From positions 1 to 52,064 of the forward strand of contig CAAEDU010000044.1 in the NCBI GenBank assembly GCA_900754695.1: a DNA stretch of 52,064 nucleotides. Reading direction: 5' to 3'. The position numbers and the translations under genes are program-made. Positions 19,952 to 30,668 of the stretch are shown here, one piece after another. Every line of letters starts with the position of its first letter. The stretch's first letter is position 1. Source of the stretch: Clostridia bacterium. GTDB lineage: Bacteria > Bacillota > Clostridia > Christensenellales > CAG-917. The notes under the pieces were generated by a model that was given only the letters and a program-made list of their open reading frames with translations, was not told the DNA's origin and did no database searches.

Positions 19952-21460
19952 TTATCTGCTGCTGGTGTAGCCGGTGTTCTTCTGGATGACGTCGTGCGCG
20001 CCGCCCTCGGTGATGCTGGTGGCGGAGACCACGGTCATCTTTGCGGTCTGCTGGAGCTGCTTTATGGTGATCGCGCCGCAGTTGCACATGGTGGAACGCA
20101 CCTTATAAAGGCTCTTTTCTACATTATCTTTGAGGCTGCCGGCGTAGGGGACGTAGCTGTCCACGCCCTCCTCGAAGGAAAGACCGGACTTGCCGCCGAG
20201 ATCGTAACGCTGCCAGTTGCGCGCGCGGTTGCTGCCCTCTCCCCAATACTCCTTGACATAGTTGCCGTTGATGTTGAGCTTGGCGGTGGGGCTCTCGTCG
20301 AAGCGGGCGAAATATCTGCCCAGCATGAGGAAGTCCGCGCCCATGGCGAGTGCGAGGGTCATGTGATAGTCATGCACGATGCCGCCGTCCGAGCAGATGG
20401 GGATGTAGATGCCCGTCTTCTCGTAATACTCGTTCCTGGCTTCCGCCACCTCGATGAGCGCGCTCGCCTGTCCGCGGCCGATGCCCTTCTGTTCGCGGGT
20501 GATGCAGATGGAGCCGCCGCCGATGCCCACCTTGACGAAATCCGCACCGCACTCGGCGAGGAAGAAGAAACCGTCACGGTCAACGACGTTGCCCGCGCCC
20601 ACCTTGACGCTGTCACCGTAATTGCGGCGGATGAACTCGAGAGTGCGCTTCTGCCATATGCTGTAACCCTCAGAAGAGTCGATGCACAGCACGTCCACAC
20701 CCGCGTCGATGAGTGCGGGGACGCGCTTCTCGTAGTCCAGCGTGTTGATGCCCGCGCCCACCATATACCTCTTGTGATCGTCGAGCAGTTCCAGCGGGTT
20801 CTCCTTGTGCTGAGCATAGTCCTTGCGGAAGACCATATACATCAGGTTGCCCTCGTCCGACACGATGGGGATGGAGTTGAGCTTGTGCTCCCAGATGATG
20901 TCGTTCGCCTCCGCGAGCCCCGTGGAAGCGGGCGCCGTGACCAGCTTTTCGAGCGGGGTCATGAACTCCTTGATGGGAGTCTCGGGTGCCATGCGGCTGA
21001 CGCGATAATCACGCGAAGTCACGATGCCGAGCAGCTTGCCGAAGCTGGTGCCGTCGTGCGTGACGGCGATGGTGTTGTGTCCCTTGCGGCGCACGAGTTC
21101 CAGCACGTCCGCGAGGGTGCTGTCCGGGGTGAGGTTGGAGTCCGACACCACGAAGCCCGCCTTATAGTTCTTGACGCGCCTGACCATTGCCGCCTCGTCC
21201 TCCACCGACTGCGAGCCGTAGATGAAGGAGATGCCGCCCTCACGCGCCAGAGCGATGGCGAGCGTATCGTTGCTCACCGACTGCATGATGGCGGAAACGA
21301 GAGGGATGTTGAGCGAGATGGCGGGTTCCTCTCCCCTCGCGTGTTTTACGAGCGGGGTGCGAAGGCTGACGTTCGCGGGGATGCAGTTCTCGTCCGTGTA
21401 GCCGGGGATGAGAAGATACTCGCTGAAAGTTCTTGACGGTTCTTCAAAATACTTTGCCAT
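19952..21460 (-). CDS. guaB: IMP dehydrogenase family protein with CBS pair
   Basis: 502 aa. TIM-barrel with catalytic loop [15 protein letters not shown] insert, 9 nt upstream of folD. Confidence 0.85.
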   Translation of the reverse strand: MAKYFEEPSRTFSEYLLIPGYTDENCIPANVSLRTPLVKHARGEEPAISLNIPLVSAIMQSVSNDTLAIALAREGGISFIYGSQSVEDEAAMVRRVKNYKAGFVVSDSNLTPDSTLADVLELVRRKGHNTIAVTHDGTSFGKLLGIVTSRDYRVSRMAPETPIKEFMTPLEKLVTAPASTGLAEANDIIWEHKLNSIPIVSDEGNLMYMVFRKDYAQHKENPLELLDDHKRYMVGAGINTLDYEKRVPALIDAGVDVLCIDSSEGYSIWQKRTLEFIRRNYGDSVKVGAGNVVDRDGFFFLAECGADFVKVGIGGGSICITREQKGIGRGQASALIEVAEARNEYYEKTGIYIPICSDGGIVHDYHMTLALAMGADFLMLGRYFARFDESPTAKLNINGNYVKEYWGEGSNRARNWQRYDLGGKSGLSFEEGVDSYVPYAGSLKDNVEKSLYKVRSTMCNCGAITIKQLQQTAKMTVVSATSITEGGAHDVIQKNTGYTSSR

Positions 21461-21521
21461 GGTCTTATCTCCGAAGATTTATCTTTTTTTCCTTTTGTTT
21501 TGGTTTGTGACTTCCCGCAGC

Positions 21522-24500
21522 TTAAGCGAAATATGCCGCCGCCGAGCGGAAGAGCGCCATATCGTAGTCGCCGGGGACGTTGAGGTAGAGCCCGTTGTCC
21601 ACGCGCTCGCTGTGCCCCATCTTGCCGAGCACCCTGCCGTCGGGAGACGTGATGCCCTCCACCGCCATGTCGCTGCCGTTGGGGTTGAAGGCGATGTCGT
21701 AGGTCGGCTCGCCGGAAAGATCGACGTACTGCGTCGCGATCTGCCCGTTCTTCGCGAGCCTCTCCAACCACTCGGGAGACGCCATAAACCTGCCCTCTCC
21801 GTGTGAGATCGGCACATTCACGATGTCGCCCACGCTCTTCAGGGTGAGCCAGGGAGAGAGGTCGGAGCAGACGCGCGTCCTCACGATCTTGGACTGGTGG
21901 CGCGCGATGGTGTTGTATGTGAGGGTGGGCGCGTTCTCGTCCGCGTCCACGATGTCGCCCACGGTCACGAGACCGAGCTTGATGAGCGCCTGGAAACCGT
22001 TGCAGATGCCCGCCATCAGACCGTCGCGGCGTTTGAGCAGGTCGCGCACCGCGTCCGTCACCTTGGCGCCGCGGAAGAATGAGGTGATGAACTTGCCGCT
22101 GCCGTCCGGCTCGTCGCCGCCCGAGAAACCGCCCGGGATGAAGACGATCTCTGCCTCGCGCACCTTTCTTGCGAACTCGTCTGCGGACTCCGCCACCGCC
22201 GCGGGAGTGAGATTGTTGATGACGAAGATCTCCGCGTCGATGCCCGCGCGCCTTGCCGCCTTTGCGGTGTCGTATTCGCAGTTGGTGCCGGGGAACACGG
22301 GGATGAGCATCTTGGGGGAAGCGAACTTCCTGCCGCTCTTTGCTGCCGCGCCGCCCGTATAACTCACCTTGGGGATGTCGCCGCCGCCCTGCTTTATGTT
22401 GCAGGAATAGACGCTCTCCAGCTTGTTCTCATATGCCTCGGAGAGCTCCGAAAGCGTCACGCTCTCGCCGCCGAAAACGAACGCGCGCTCCTCCGTCACC
22501 CTGCCGAGCTGCCTACCGAGCGTCACGCCCTCCGCGCACTCAATGACGAACGCGCCGTATTTATATCCGAAGACGTCTTCGAGGGTGACGCCGTCGGCAA
22601 ACCTGAAGCCGAATCCGTTGCCGAGAGCGCACTTGAACACCGCCTCCGCAACGCCGCCGTATGCGGGCGTATAAGCGGATATAACCTTGCCTTCGCGCAT
22701 GAGCGCATGCACTTTCTCCGCCGTTTGCAGGAAGCTCTCCGCCACGGGCAGACCGTCCGCGCCGTAGGCGCACTCCACGAGGCGCACCTCGCTCCCCTCG
22801 CGCTTGAACTCGGGCGAGACCGCCTCCTCGCACTTCTCCGTCGTGACGGCGAACGAGACGAGGGTCGGGGGCACGTCGATGTGCTCGAAGGTGCCGCTCA
22901 TGCTGTCCTTGCCGCCGATGGCTCCCATGCCGAGGTCACGCTGTGCACGGTACGCTCCGAGCAGCGCCGCAAGGGGCTTGCCCCAGCGCTCCGCCTTGCC
23001 CATGGGCTTCTCGAAATACTCCTGGAAAGTGAGATAAACTTCCCTTGTGCTCGCCCCCGCCGCGACCAGTTTCGCGACGCTTTCGATGACGGCGAGATAG
23101 GCGCCGTGGAAGGGGCTCTTTTCGCTGATAAAGGGGTTAAACCCCCAGGACATGAGCGAACAAGTGTCTGTTTCGCCATTTTCGACCGAGACCTTGTTGA
23201 CCATGCACTGTATGGGAGTGAGCTGATTTTTGCCGCCGAACGGCATCATCACCGTGCCCGCTCCGATGGTGCTGTCAAACCTCTCCGAAAGCCCGCGCTT
23301 GGAGCAGACGTTGAGCTCGGAGACCAGCGCTTTCATGCCCTCCGCAAAGCCTGCCGGGATGTCCTTACGGAGACTGCCCGCCTTCACCTGTTTTGCCGTG
23401 GCGTGCTTCTCCGCGCCGTTGGAATTGAGGAACTCGCGGGAGATGTCCACGATGATCTTCCCGTTCCATTGCATCCTGAGACGGGGTTCCTCGGTGACTT
23501 TCGCGACGACGGTGGCTTCGAGATTCTCGGCATTCGCGAGCGCGCGGAACTTCTCAGCGTTTTCGGGAGCGACCACCACCGCCATCCTCTCCTGCGATTC
23601 GCTGATGGCAAGCTCGGTGCCGTCCAGCCCTTCGTATTTCTTGGGCACGGCGTTGAGGTCGATGAAGAGCCCGTCCGCGAGCTCACCTATCGCAACGGAA
23701 ACGCCGCCCGCGCCGAAGTCGTTGCACCGCTTTATGAGAAGGGACGCCTCCGGGTTGCGGAAGAGACGCTGCAATTTGCGCTCCTCGGGAGCGTTGCCCT
23801 TCTGCACTTCCGCGCCGCAGGTGGAAAGGGACTCGGCGCTGTGCGCCTTTGACGAGCCCGTCGCTCCGCCGCAGCCGTCTCGTCCCGTCCTGCCGCCGAG
23901 CAGGATGACCACGTCGCCGGGGGCGGGAGTCTCTCTCACTACATTGCGCGCGGGAACGGCGCCCGTCACAGCGCCGATCTCGAGGCGCTTTGCGACATAG
24001 CCGGGGTGATATATCTCGTCCACGATGCCCGTGGCGAGCCCGATCTGGTTGCCGTAGGAGCTGTAACCGGCGGCAGCCGTGGTGACGATCTTTTTCTGCG
24101 GCAGTTTGCCGGGCAAGGTCTCCTCGATGGGAGTGAGAGGATCGCCCGCGCCCGTGACGCGCATGGCGGAATAGACGTATGCTCTCCCGGAGAGCGGGTC
24201 GCGGATGGCGCCGCCGATGCAGGTCGCCGCGCCGCCGAAAGGCTCTATCTCGGTGGGATGGTTGTGCGTCTCATTCTTGAACAGCAGCAGCCAGTCCTCA
24301 TCCTTGCCGTCGACGTCCACCTTGATCTTCACCGTGCAGGCGTTGATCTCGTCTGAGACGTCGAGGTTTTCGAGCTTGCCTTCCTTGCGCAGCATCTTCG
24401 CCGCGATGGTGGCGATGTCCATGAGGTTGACGGGTTTCTCCGTCCTGCCCAGCTTCTCGCGCACGGCAAGATAGTCCTCCCAAGCCGCCTGCACTTCCGC

Positions 24501-25217
24501 GTCCTCGAACTCCGCCTTGTCTATGGTGGTGAGGAAGGTGGTGTGACGGCAATGATCCGACCAATAGGTGTCGATCATCCTCACTTCCGTGAGAGTGGGG
24601 TCGCGGTGCTCGAAGGCGAAATAGTCGCGGCAGAACCTGACGTCGTCCGCGTCCATCGCGAGCCCGTATTTCCTCACGAATGCGGCGAGCTCGTCCTCGC
24701 CCATCTTTATGAAACCGTGCAGAGTCTCGACGTCATGCGGCGCGGGATATTCCGTTTTCAGAGTTTCGGGAAGCGCGGTGTCCGCCTCGCGGCACTCCAC
24801 GGGGTTGATGACGAATTTCTTTATCTTGCCGACATCCTCCGCCGTGAGGTCTCCGTAGAGGACGTAGAACTTCGCCGTCCTGACGACGGGCTTCTCACCC
24901 TGAGAGACAAGCTGTATGCACTGCGCCGCGGAGTCCGCGCGCTGGTCGAACTGCCCGGGGAGAGGTTCCACCCCGAAGACGGCGGCGGCGCCCTCAGTCT
25001 CTATCGCGAGGGTCACGGTATCGAGCTGCGGCTCGGAAAAAATGTTGCGCTTGGCATATTCCAAAAGCTCCCCGTCCGCGCCTTCCACGTCGTAACGGTT
25101 GACCACTCTGACGCGGGTGAGCCCCTTAATGCCGAGCATCCCGCGCGCCTCGGAAAAGAGTGCCCGCGCTTCAGCCGCGAGCGCCTCTTTCTTTTCGACG
25201 AACAATCTGTTTACCAT
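21522..25217 (-). CDS. purL: Phosphoribosylformylglycinamidine synthase, single-chain large type
   Basis: 1231 aa from the ATG at 25217 (GGAGGAG RBS). AIRS/FGAM domains plus a C-terminal glutaminase with ICNGFQAL. The 125 codons upstream in the ORF track are R/S-rich and overlap purD. Confidence 0.95.
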   Translation of the reverse strand: MVNRLFVEKKEALAAEARALFSEARGMLGIKGLTRVRVVNRYDVEGADGELLEYAKRNIFSEPQLDTVTLAIETEGAAAVFGVEPLPGQFDQRADSAAQCIQLVSQGEKPVVRTAKFYVLYGDLTAEDVGKIKKFVINPVECREADTALPETLKTEYPAPHDVETLHGFIKMGEDELAAFVRKYGLAMDADDVRFCRDYFAFEHRDPTLTEVRMIDTYWSDHCRHTTFLTTIDKAEFEDAEVQAAWEDYLAVREKLGRTEKPVNLMDIATIAAKMLRKEGKLENLDVSDEINACTVKIKVDVDGKDEDWLLLFKNETHNHPTEIEPFGGAATCIGGAIRDPLSGRAYVYSAMRVTGAGDPLTPIEETLPGKLPQKKIVTTAAAGYSSYGNQIGLATGIVDEIYHPGYVAKRLEIGAVTGAVPARNVVRETPAPGDVVILLGGRTGRDGCGGATGSSKAHSAESLSTCGAEVQKGNAPEERKLQRLFRNPEASLLIKRCNDFGAGGVSVAIGELADGLFIDLNAVPKKYEGLDGTELAISESQERMAVVVAPENAEKFRALANAENLEATVVAKVTEEPRLRMQWNGKIIVDISREFLNSNGAEKHATAKQVKAGSLRKDIPAGFAEGMKALVSELNVCSKRGLSERFDSTIGAGTVMMPFGGKNQLTPIQCMVNKVSVENGETDTCSLMSWGFNPFISEKSPFHGAYLAVIESVAKLVAAGASTREVYLTFQEYFEKPMGKAERWGKPLAALLGAYRAQRDLGMGAIGGKDSMSGTFEHIDVPPTLVSFAVTTEKCEEAVSPEFKREGSEVRLVECAYGADGLPVAESFLQTAEKVHALMREGKVISAYTPAYGGVAEAVFKCALGNGFGFRFADGVTLEDVFGYKYGAFVIECAEGVTLGRQLGRVTEERAFVFGGESVTLSELSEAYENKLESVYSCNIKQGGGDIPKVSYTGGAAAKSGRKFASPKMLIPVFPGTNCEYDTAKAARRAGIDAEIFVINNLTPAAVAESADEFARKVREAEIVFIPGGFSGGDEPDGSGKFITSFFRGAKVTDAVRDLLKRRDGLMAGICNGFQALIKLGLVTVGDIVDADENAPTLTYNTIARHQSKIVRTRVCSDLSPWLTLKSVGDIVNVPISHGEGRFMASPEWLERLAKNGQIATQYVDLSGEPTYDIAFNPNGSDMAVEGITSPDGRVLGKMGHSERVDNGLYLNVPGDYDMALFRSAAAYFA

Positions 25218-25275
25218 ATCTCCTCCGTACAGCGTTTGCACGCGAAAAGGATGTTTATCGTTTGGATCTGCGCGT

Positions 25276-26547
25276 TCAACCGCGTTTTGCGGCAAGAGCT
25301 CTCGCCCCGATGTCGTGACGGAAGAACTCGTTTGTGAAGTGCACTTTCTCTCCTTCGCGGTACGCTTTCTCCACCGCCTCGGGGAGCGTGTCCGCAACGG
25401 CGGTGACTCCGAGCACTCTGCCGCCCGCGGTGAGCAATGCGCCGTCCGAGAGCTTCGCGCCCGCGATGTAAAGCTCGGCGTCGAGCCCGCTCTCCACCGT
25501 GATCGGGAAGCCCGTCTCATACTTTTCCGGGTAGCCCGCGGACGCTTTGACCAGGCAGCAGGACGCCTTTTTCGAGAAGCGCACTTCGACATCGCTCAGG
25601 GTGCCGTCCGTGCAGGCGCGCATGACGGTGAGCAGGTCGCTTTCAAGAAGGGGCAGCACCGCCTGCGTCTCGGGGTCGCCGAAACGGCAGTTGTATTCGA
25701 TCACCTTGGGTCCGTCCGGGGTGATCATCAGCCCGAAATAGAGACAGCCGCGGAAGGTGCGCCCCTCCTCTTTCATGGCACGGACGGTGGGGAGGAATAT
25801 CTTTTCCATGCACTCCGCCGCGATCTCGTCCGTATAATAGGGGTTGGGCGCGACGACGCCCATGCCGCCCGTATTCAGCCCCTTGTCGCCGTCGATGGCG
25901 CGCTTGTGATCCATGGAAGACACCATGGGCACCACCGTCTCGCCGTCCGTAAAGGAGAGGACGGAGACTTCGGGACCGGTCAGGAACTCTTCGATGACCA
26001 CACGGCTGCCGCTCGCGCCGAACTTGCCGTCCAGCATCATGGAGCGCACGGCGGCTTTCGCCTCTTCCCTGCTCTCCGCGATGATGACGCCCTTGCCGAG
26101 TGCGAGACCGTCCGCCTTGACGACGATGTTGCCTTCGGGAAGTCCGTCTATATATCTCTCCGCCGCGCTTTCGTCCTCAAAGGTCTCATAACGCGCGGTG
26201 GGGATGCCGTACTTTTTCATGAGCGCCTTGGAAAACGCCTTGCTGCCTTCGATGATCGCGGCGTTCGCGCGGGGACCGAAACAGGGCACGCCCACTTCTT
26301 CCAGCGCGTCCACGGCGCCGAGCACGAGGGGATCGTCGGGGGTGACGACGGCGTAATCTATGCCGTTCTCTTTTGCAAACTTCGCGATGCCCTCGATGTC
26401 CTTTGCGCCGACGTTCACGCAAGTGGCGTCCGCGGCGATGCCGCCGTTGCCGGGAAGGGCGAAGATCTCCTCCGCCTCGGGGCTGCGTTTCAGGGCTTTG
26501 ATGACGGCGTGCTCTCTGCCGCCGGAACCGACCACAAGGATCTTCAT
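25276..26547 (-). CDS. purD: Phosphoribosylamine-glycine ligase
   Basis: 423 aa starting MKILVVGSGGREHA; GAGGTG RBS. Confidence 0.95.
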   Translation of the reverse strand: MKILVVGSGGREHAVIKALKRSPEAEEIFALPGNGGIAADATCVNVGAKDIEGIAKFAKENGIDYAVVTPDDPLVLGAVDALEEVGVPCFGPRANAAIIEGSKAFSKALMKKYGIPTARYETFEDESAAERYIDGLPEGNIVVKADGLALGKGVIIAESREEAKAAVRSMMLDGKFGASGSRVVIEEFLTGPEVSVLSFTDGETVVPMVSSMDHKRAIDGDKGLNTGGMGVVAPNPYYTDEIAAECMEKIFLPTVRAMKEEGRTFRGCLYFGLMITPDGPKVIEYNCRFGDPETQAVLPLLESDLLTVMRACTDGTLSDVEVRFSKKASCCLVKASAGYPEKYETGFPITVESGLDAELYIAGAKLSDGALLTAGGRVLGVTAVADTLPEAVEKAYREGEKVHFTNEFFRHDIGARALAAKRG

Positions 26548-26555
26548 TTTGCACC

Positions 26556-27737
26556 TCAATGATGGAAGAGACGCATCCCCGTGAACGCCATCGCGATGCC
26601 GAGCTTGTTGCAGGTGTAGATGACGATGTCGTCGCGCACGGAACCGCCGGGCTCCGCGACATACGACACGCCGCTCTTCCTCGCGCGGACGATGTTGTCG
26701 TCAAAGGGGAAGAATGCGTCGGAGCCGAGAGAGACGCCGGTGAGGGTGTCGAGATATGCCCTCTTTTCCTCTCTCGTGAACTCCTCGGGACGGACGGCGA
26801 AATACTTCCTCCACACGTCCTCGCCGATGACGTCCTCGCACTCATCGGAGAGATAGATGTCGATGATGTTGTTCTTTTCCGGTCTGCCCACGCCCTCGGC
26901 AAATTGCAGAGAAAGCACTTTATCGTGCTGTCTGAGGTGCCAGAGGTCGGCTTTCTGTCCGGCGAGGCGGGTGCAATGGATGCGGGACTGCTGCCCTGCG
27001 CCCACACCGATCGCCTGTCCGTCCTCGGCAAACGCCACGGAATTGGACTGCGTATATTTGAGGGTGATGAGCGCAACGATGAGGTCCGTCTCCGCGTCGT
27101 GCGGGAGGGGCTTCTCGGTGACGACGTTCTTCAGGAGTTCGCGGTCGATCCTGAAATTGTTCCTGCCCTGCTCGAAGGTCACGCCGAAGACCTGCTTGCG
27201 CTCCACAGGGTCGGGGACGTAGAGGGGGTCCACCTTCACGATGTTGTATGTGCCCTTGCGCTTGGCGGCGAGGATGTCGAGAGCCTCGGGTGTGTAGGCG
27301 GGAGCAATGATGCCGTCGGACACTTCACGCGCGATTATCTTTGCGCAGGTGGCGTCGCACTCGTCGGAAAGGGCGATCCAGTCGCCGAAAGAGGACATCC
27401 TGTCCGTGCCGCGCGCCCTTGCGTATGCGCAGGCGATCGGGCTCTCGTCCAACCCCTCGATGTCATCCACGAAGCACGCCTTTTTCAACCTGTCGCCGAG
27501 GGGTCTGCCGAGCGCCGCCGAGGTGGGGCTCACGTGCTTGAAGGAGGTGGCGCAGCACTCTCCCGTCGCCTCTTTGAGCTCCTTCACGAGCTGCCAGCTG
27601 TTGAAAGCGTCCAGGAAGTTGATATATCCGGGTCTGCCGTTCAGGATCTCCACCGGGAGTTCCCTGCCGTCGTGCATGAAGATGCGCGCGGGCTTCTGAT
27701 TGGGGTTGCAGCCGTATTTGAGCTCGAATTCCTTCAT
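26556..27737 (-). CDS. purH: AICAR formyltransferase (PurH C-terminal-type domain only, no MGS-like IMP cyclohydrolase domain)
   Basis: 393 aa beginning YGCNPNQ, SFKHVSP, typical stand-alone AICARFT length. Confidence 0.9.
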   Translation of the reverse strand: MKEFELKYGCNPNQKPARIFMHDGRELPVEILNGRPGYINFLDAFNSWQLVKELKEATGECCATSFKHVSPTSAALGRPLGDRLKKACFVDDIEGLDESPIACAYARARGTDRMSSFGDWIALSDECDATCAKIIAREVSDGIIAPAYTPEALDILAAKRKGTYNIVKVDPLYVPDPVERKQVFGVTFEQGRNNFRIDRELLKNVVTEKPLPHDAETDLIVALITLKYTQSNSVAFAEDGQAIGVGAGQQSRIHCTRLAGQKADLWHLRQHDKVLSLQFAEGVGRPEKNNIIDIYLSDECEDVIGEDVWRKYFAVRPEEFTREEKRAYLDTLTGVSLGSDAFFPFDDNIVRARKSGVSYVAEPGGSVRDDIVIYTCNKLGIAMAFTGMRLFHH

Positions 27738-28465
27738 TTTTTCTCCTCTTTAACGTGCTTGTTGAAGAGCGCCGTCTTCATTCTGAATGTTTTGAGGTCG
27801 ATGAAACCGACATAGAGCGCGATCTTGTTCGCGGCGTTCAGGCTCTCCCAGACGCCGTTTGCGAACTTCGTAATGTCGGAGCCTATCGCGACGCGCTCCG
27901 GCTCCCCGGTAAAAGTGGGGATGGGGTCACCGTCCGAGTTGTAGGTGTGGATGAAGTGTCCCAGCCCGTTCAGCGGCTCGTAGGAGAAGGTGAAGCGGTT
28001 GCACGCGCTCCCCTCCGCGTCCGCGCTCTTCAATATCGAAAGCTTATAGCGGAACTTGCTTTCAAGGTCGATGAGCCCGCTTATGCGGGGGGTGAAATTG
28101 GGCGCGTCGGGCTCGAACTCGCGTTTTTCGAGCGCGCTCTCGAAGCTGTCGCCCGCAAGCAGCGCCGCCTCGACGGTGTCAGTCTGGTCGCCGTTGGTGA
28201 CCACCCACTTGTTCCATACGCGCTTGACGGGAGAATAGATGATGAGGGAAGGATCCTCCACCTTGCTCTCGTCGTAGGGATAGATGACGAGCTCGTTCTC
28301 CTTTTCCACGAAGACGCGGTTGCGGCTGTTCTCGCTCCTGCCCATGATGAAGTAGGCAAACACGGCGTGCTTCCCGTCCGCGGACTTGCCGATGACGATG
28401 CCCCTGCCGGGATACGGATTGCCCGCAAGAAGGGCGTTTAGATCGTTGATGTCGTAGATGCTCAT
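27734..28465 (-). CDS. purO: PurO-type (archaeal-like) IMP cyclohydrolase family protein
   Basis: 243 aa with YPGRGIVIGKS...YFIMGRSENSRNR. ATGA overlap with purH. Confidence 0.75.
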   Translation of the reverse strand: MSIYDINDLNALLAGNPYPGRGIVIGKSADGKHAVFAYFIMGRSENSRNRVFVEKENELVIYPYDESKVEDPSLIIYSPVKRVWNKWVVTNGDQTDTVEAALLAGDSFESALEKREFEPDAPNFTPRISGLIDLESKFRYKLSILKSADAEGSACNRFTFSYEPLNGLGHFIHTYNSDGDPIPTFTGEPERVAIGSDITKFANGVWESLNAANKIALYVGFIDLKTFRMKTALFNKHVKEEKK

Positions 28466-28481
28466 TGTTGTCTCCTGTACA

Positions 28482-29099
28482 TTAGGCGCGTTCCGCCGCG
28501 ATCCTCTCCGCGGTGAGTTCCACCGCGCGCGGGAGCAGCTTCCACTCCGCCTCTTCCATAACTCTTCTTTGCAGCGTCTCGGGGGTGTCGCCCTCCCGGA
28601 CCGCCACTTCCTTTTGAAAAATGATCCTGCCCCCGTCGGGGATCTCGTTGACGTAGTGCACCGTAGCCCCCGTCACCTTCTCGCCCGCGGCGAGCACCGC
28701 CTCGTGCACTTTGAGCCCGTAGAACCCCTTGCCGCAGAACTTGGGGATGAGGGAGGGGTGCACGTTGATGATGCGCTCGGGATAGCGCGAAGTGAAACTC
28801 GCGGACAGTATGCTCATGAACCCCGCGAGCACGATGATCTCCGCCCCCACGCTCTCGACGGCGTCCTCGATCTTCCTCTCGAACTCCTCCTGCGAGGCGC
28901 AGTTCCTGCGTTCGGCGACGAAAGCCGCGACGCCCGCTTTCCTTGCGCGTTCGAGAGCATAAGCGTCCGCCCTCGAAGAGACCACGGCTTTCACCTCGGC
29001 GTGAGGGAGCTCTCCCCTCTTTTCCGCGTCGAGGATGGCTTGCAGATTGGTGCCGCCGCCCGAGACGAGCACGGCGACCGCGACCTTCTTCCCGCTCAT
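28482..29099 (-). CDS. purN: Phosphoribosylglycinamide formyltransferase
   Basis: 205 aa, VLVSGGGTNLQAI and INVHPSLIP motifs. Confidence 0.93.
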   Translation of the reverse strand: MSGKKVAVAVLVSGGGTNLQAILDAEKRGELPHAEVKAVVSSRADAYALERARKAGVAAFVAERRNCASQEEFERKIEDAVESVGAEIIVLAGFMSILSASFTSRYPERIINVHPSLIPKFCGKGFYGLKVHEAVLAAGEKVTGATVHYVNEIPDGGRIIFQKEVAVREGDTPETLQRRVMEEAEWKLLPRAVELTAERIAAERA

Positions 29100-30130
29100 T
29101 TGATGATGACTCCCTCTTCGGACGGGACGACCTCGCCGATGACGTAGGCGTCCTCGCCTGCCGCTCTCAGCACGGAGAGAGCCTTTTCCGCGTCCTCTGC
29201 CGCGACCACCACGCTCATGCCCACGCCCATGTTGAAGGTGTTGAACATGTCGCGCTCGGGGACGTTCCCTTCTCTTTTGATGATGTCGAAAACGGGCAGT
29301 ATGCGCAGCGCGGACTTGTCGATCTTTGCTCCGAAGCCCTTGGGGATGCTCCTCGGGATGTTCTCATAAAAGCCGCCGCCCGTGATGTGGGAGACCGCCT
29401 TCACCTTCACAGCCTCGAAGAGCGCGAGCATGGGCTTGACGTATATCTTGGTGGGGGTGAGCAGAGTCTCGCCGAGGCTCTTGCCGCCGAGTTCCGCGAC
29501 GGGCGCGGTCATATCCCTGCCCTCGAAGATCTTCCTCACCAGCGAGAAACCGTTGGAATGCACGCCGGAGGACGGCAGCGCGATGACGGCGTCCCCCGCC
29601 TTCACAGCGGAATTGTCCAGCACCTTGGCGCGGTCGACGACGCCGACTGCGAACCCCGCGAGGTCATATTCGTCCTCGGGATAGAAGCCCGGCATCTCCG
29701 CGGTCTCGCCGCCTATGAGAGCCGCTCCCGCCTGCACGCAGCCTTCCGCCACGCCCGCGACGATGGACGCGATGCGCTCCGGCACGTTCTTGCCGCACGC
29801 GATGTAATCCAGGAAAAAGAGGGGCTTCGCGCCGCAGCAGATGACGTCGTTGACGCACATTGCCACGCAGTCGATGCCGATGGTGTCATGCTTTTGCAGC
29901 ATGAAGGCGTATTTGAGCTTGGTGCCCACGCCGTCCGTGCCGCTGACGAGGACGGGACGGGTCATGCCCGTAAGGTCGAGCTCGAACAGCCCGCCGAACC
30001 CGCCGATGTCGCTCGCCGCGCCCGCCGTGACGGTGCGCGCGATGTGCTTCTTCATTAGCTCCACCGCCTTATAGCCCGCGGTGATGTCCACGCCTGCCTG
30101 TTTGTAGCTTTCGCTGAAAGATCTCTCCAT
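29096..30130 (-). CDS. purM: Phosphoribosylformylglycinamidine cyclo-ligase (AIR synthetase)
   Basis: 344 aa, YKQAGVDI, DGVGTK motifs. Confidence 0.95.
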   Translation of the reverse strand: MERSFSESYKQAGVDITAGYKAVELMKKHIARTVTAGAASDIGGFGGLFELDLTGMTRPVLVSGTDGVGTKLKYAFMLQKHDTIGIDCVAMCVNDVICCGAKPLFFLDYIACGKNVPERIASIVAGVAEGCVQAGAALIGGETAEMPGFYPEDEYDLAGFAVGVVDRAKVLDNSAVKAGDAVIALPSSGVHSNGFSLVRKIFEGRDMTAPVAELGGKSLGETLLTPTKIYVKPMLALFEAVKVKAVSHITGGGFYENIPRSIPKGFGAKIDKSALRILPVFDIIKREGNVPERDMFNTFNMGVGMSVVVAAEDAEKALSVLRAAGEDAYVIGEVVPSEEGVIIK

Positions 30131-30131
30131 A

Positions 30132-30635
30132 TCAGCCTCTCATCGCCGCGAGTTTTTCTTCAAGAGCGGCGTCCTTTGCCAGCACTTTCGCCTTGTCTGC
30201 GGCGCGCTTGGCTTTGAGTTTTTCTTTAAGTTCCGGCTCCGAGACGGCAAGGATCTCCACCGCAAGGAGACCCGCGTTCACCGCGCCGTCCACGCCCACG
30301 GTCGCGACGGGGATGCCGGGAGGCATCTGCACCGTGGAAAGCAGCGCGTCCAAGCCGTCAAGCATGCCGCCGCGCACGGGGATGCCGATGACGGGAAGCG
30401 TGGTGGAAGCCGCAATGGCGCCCGCAAGGTGCGCCGCCATGCCCGCCGCCGCGATGATGACTCCGAAACCGTTCTCCTCCGCGCTCTCCGCAAAAGCCTT
30501 CGCCTCCGCCGGCGTGCGGTGTGCGGAAAAAACGTGCGCCTCGCACTCCACTCCGAACGACTTCACCGTGTCGATGGCTTTGCCCACGACGGGAAGGTCG
30601 CTGTCGCTGCCCATGATGACCGCAATTTTCTTCAT
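30132..30635 (-). CDS. purE: N5-CAIR mutase / AIR carboxylase catalytic subunit
   Basis: 167 aa from MKKIAVIMGSDSDLPV (GGAGGAGGG RBS), AHRTP motif. About 35-aa charged C-terminal tail. Confidence 0.93.
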   Translation of the reverse strand: MKKIAVIMGSDSDLPVVGKAIDTVKSFGVECEAHVFSAHRTPAEAKAFAESAEENGFGVIIAAAGMAAHLAGAIAASTTLPVIGIPVRGGMLDGLDALLSTVQMPPGIPVATVGVDGAVNAGLLAVEILAVSEPELKEKLKAKRAADKAKVLAKDAALEEKLAAMRG

Positions 30636-30668
30636 AGATCCCTCCTCCGCATAGGTGCGGAAACTTTC

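Noticed and set aside
18836-21436. Very long antisense ORFs: 866 aa here, and also 993-2168, 2110-3288, 5820-7100, 7900-9666, 25099-26562, 26559-27815, 43497-44903, 45284-46915, 47752-49830
   Set aside because: Each lies exactly opposite a strongly recognisable conserved gene (guaB/folD, nrdAB, atpD/A, purD/H, mtaB, prmA, dnaK). Their translations are low-complexity (R/A/G/D/H/L-rich). They lack an RBS. These are the usual mirror ORFs of high-GC coding DNA.
25218-25592. N-terminal extensions in the ORF track: purL to 25592, mtaB to 45107, rsmE to 45672, amidohydrolase to 35844, purE to 30692, atpA to 9576, atpB to 11417, hrcA to 51485, nrdA to 4734
   Set aside because: The extensions are R/S/P-rich, overlap the upstream gene or promoter, and have no RBS. 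In each case an internal ATG with a GGAGG-type RBS begins the conserved N-terminus.
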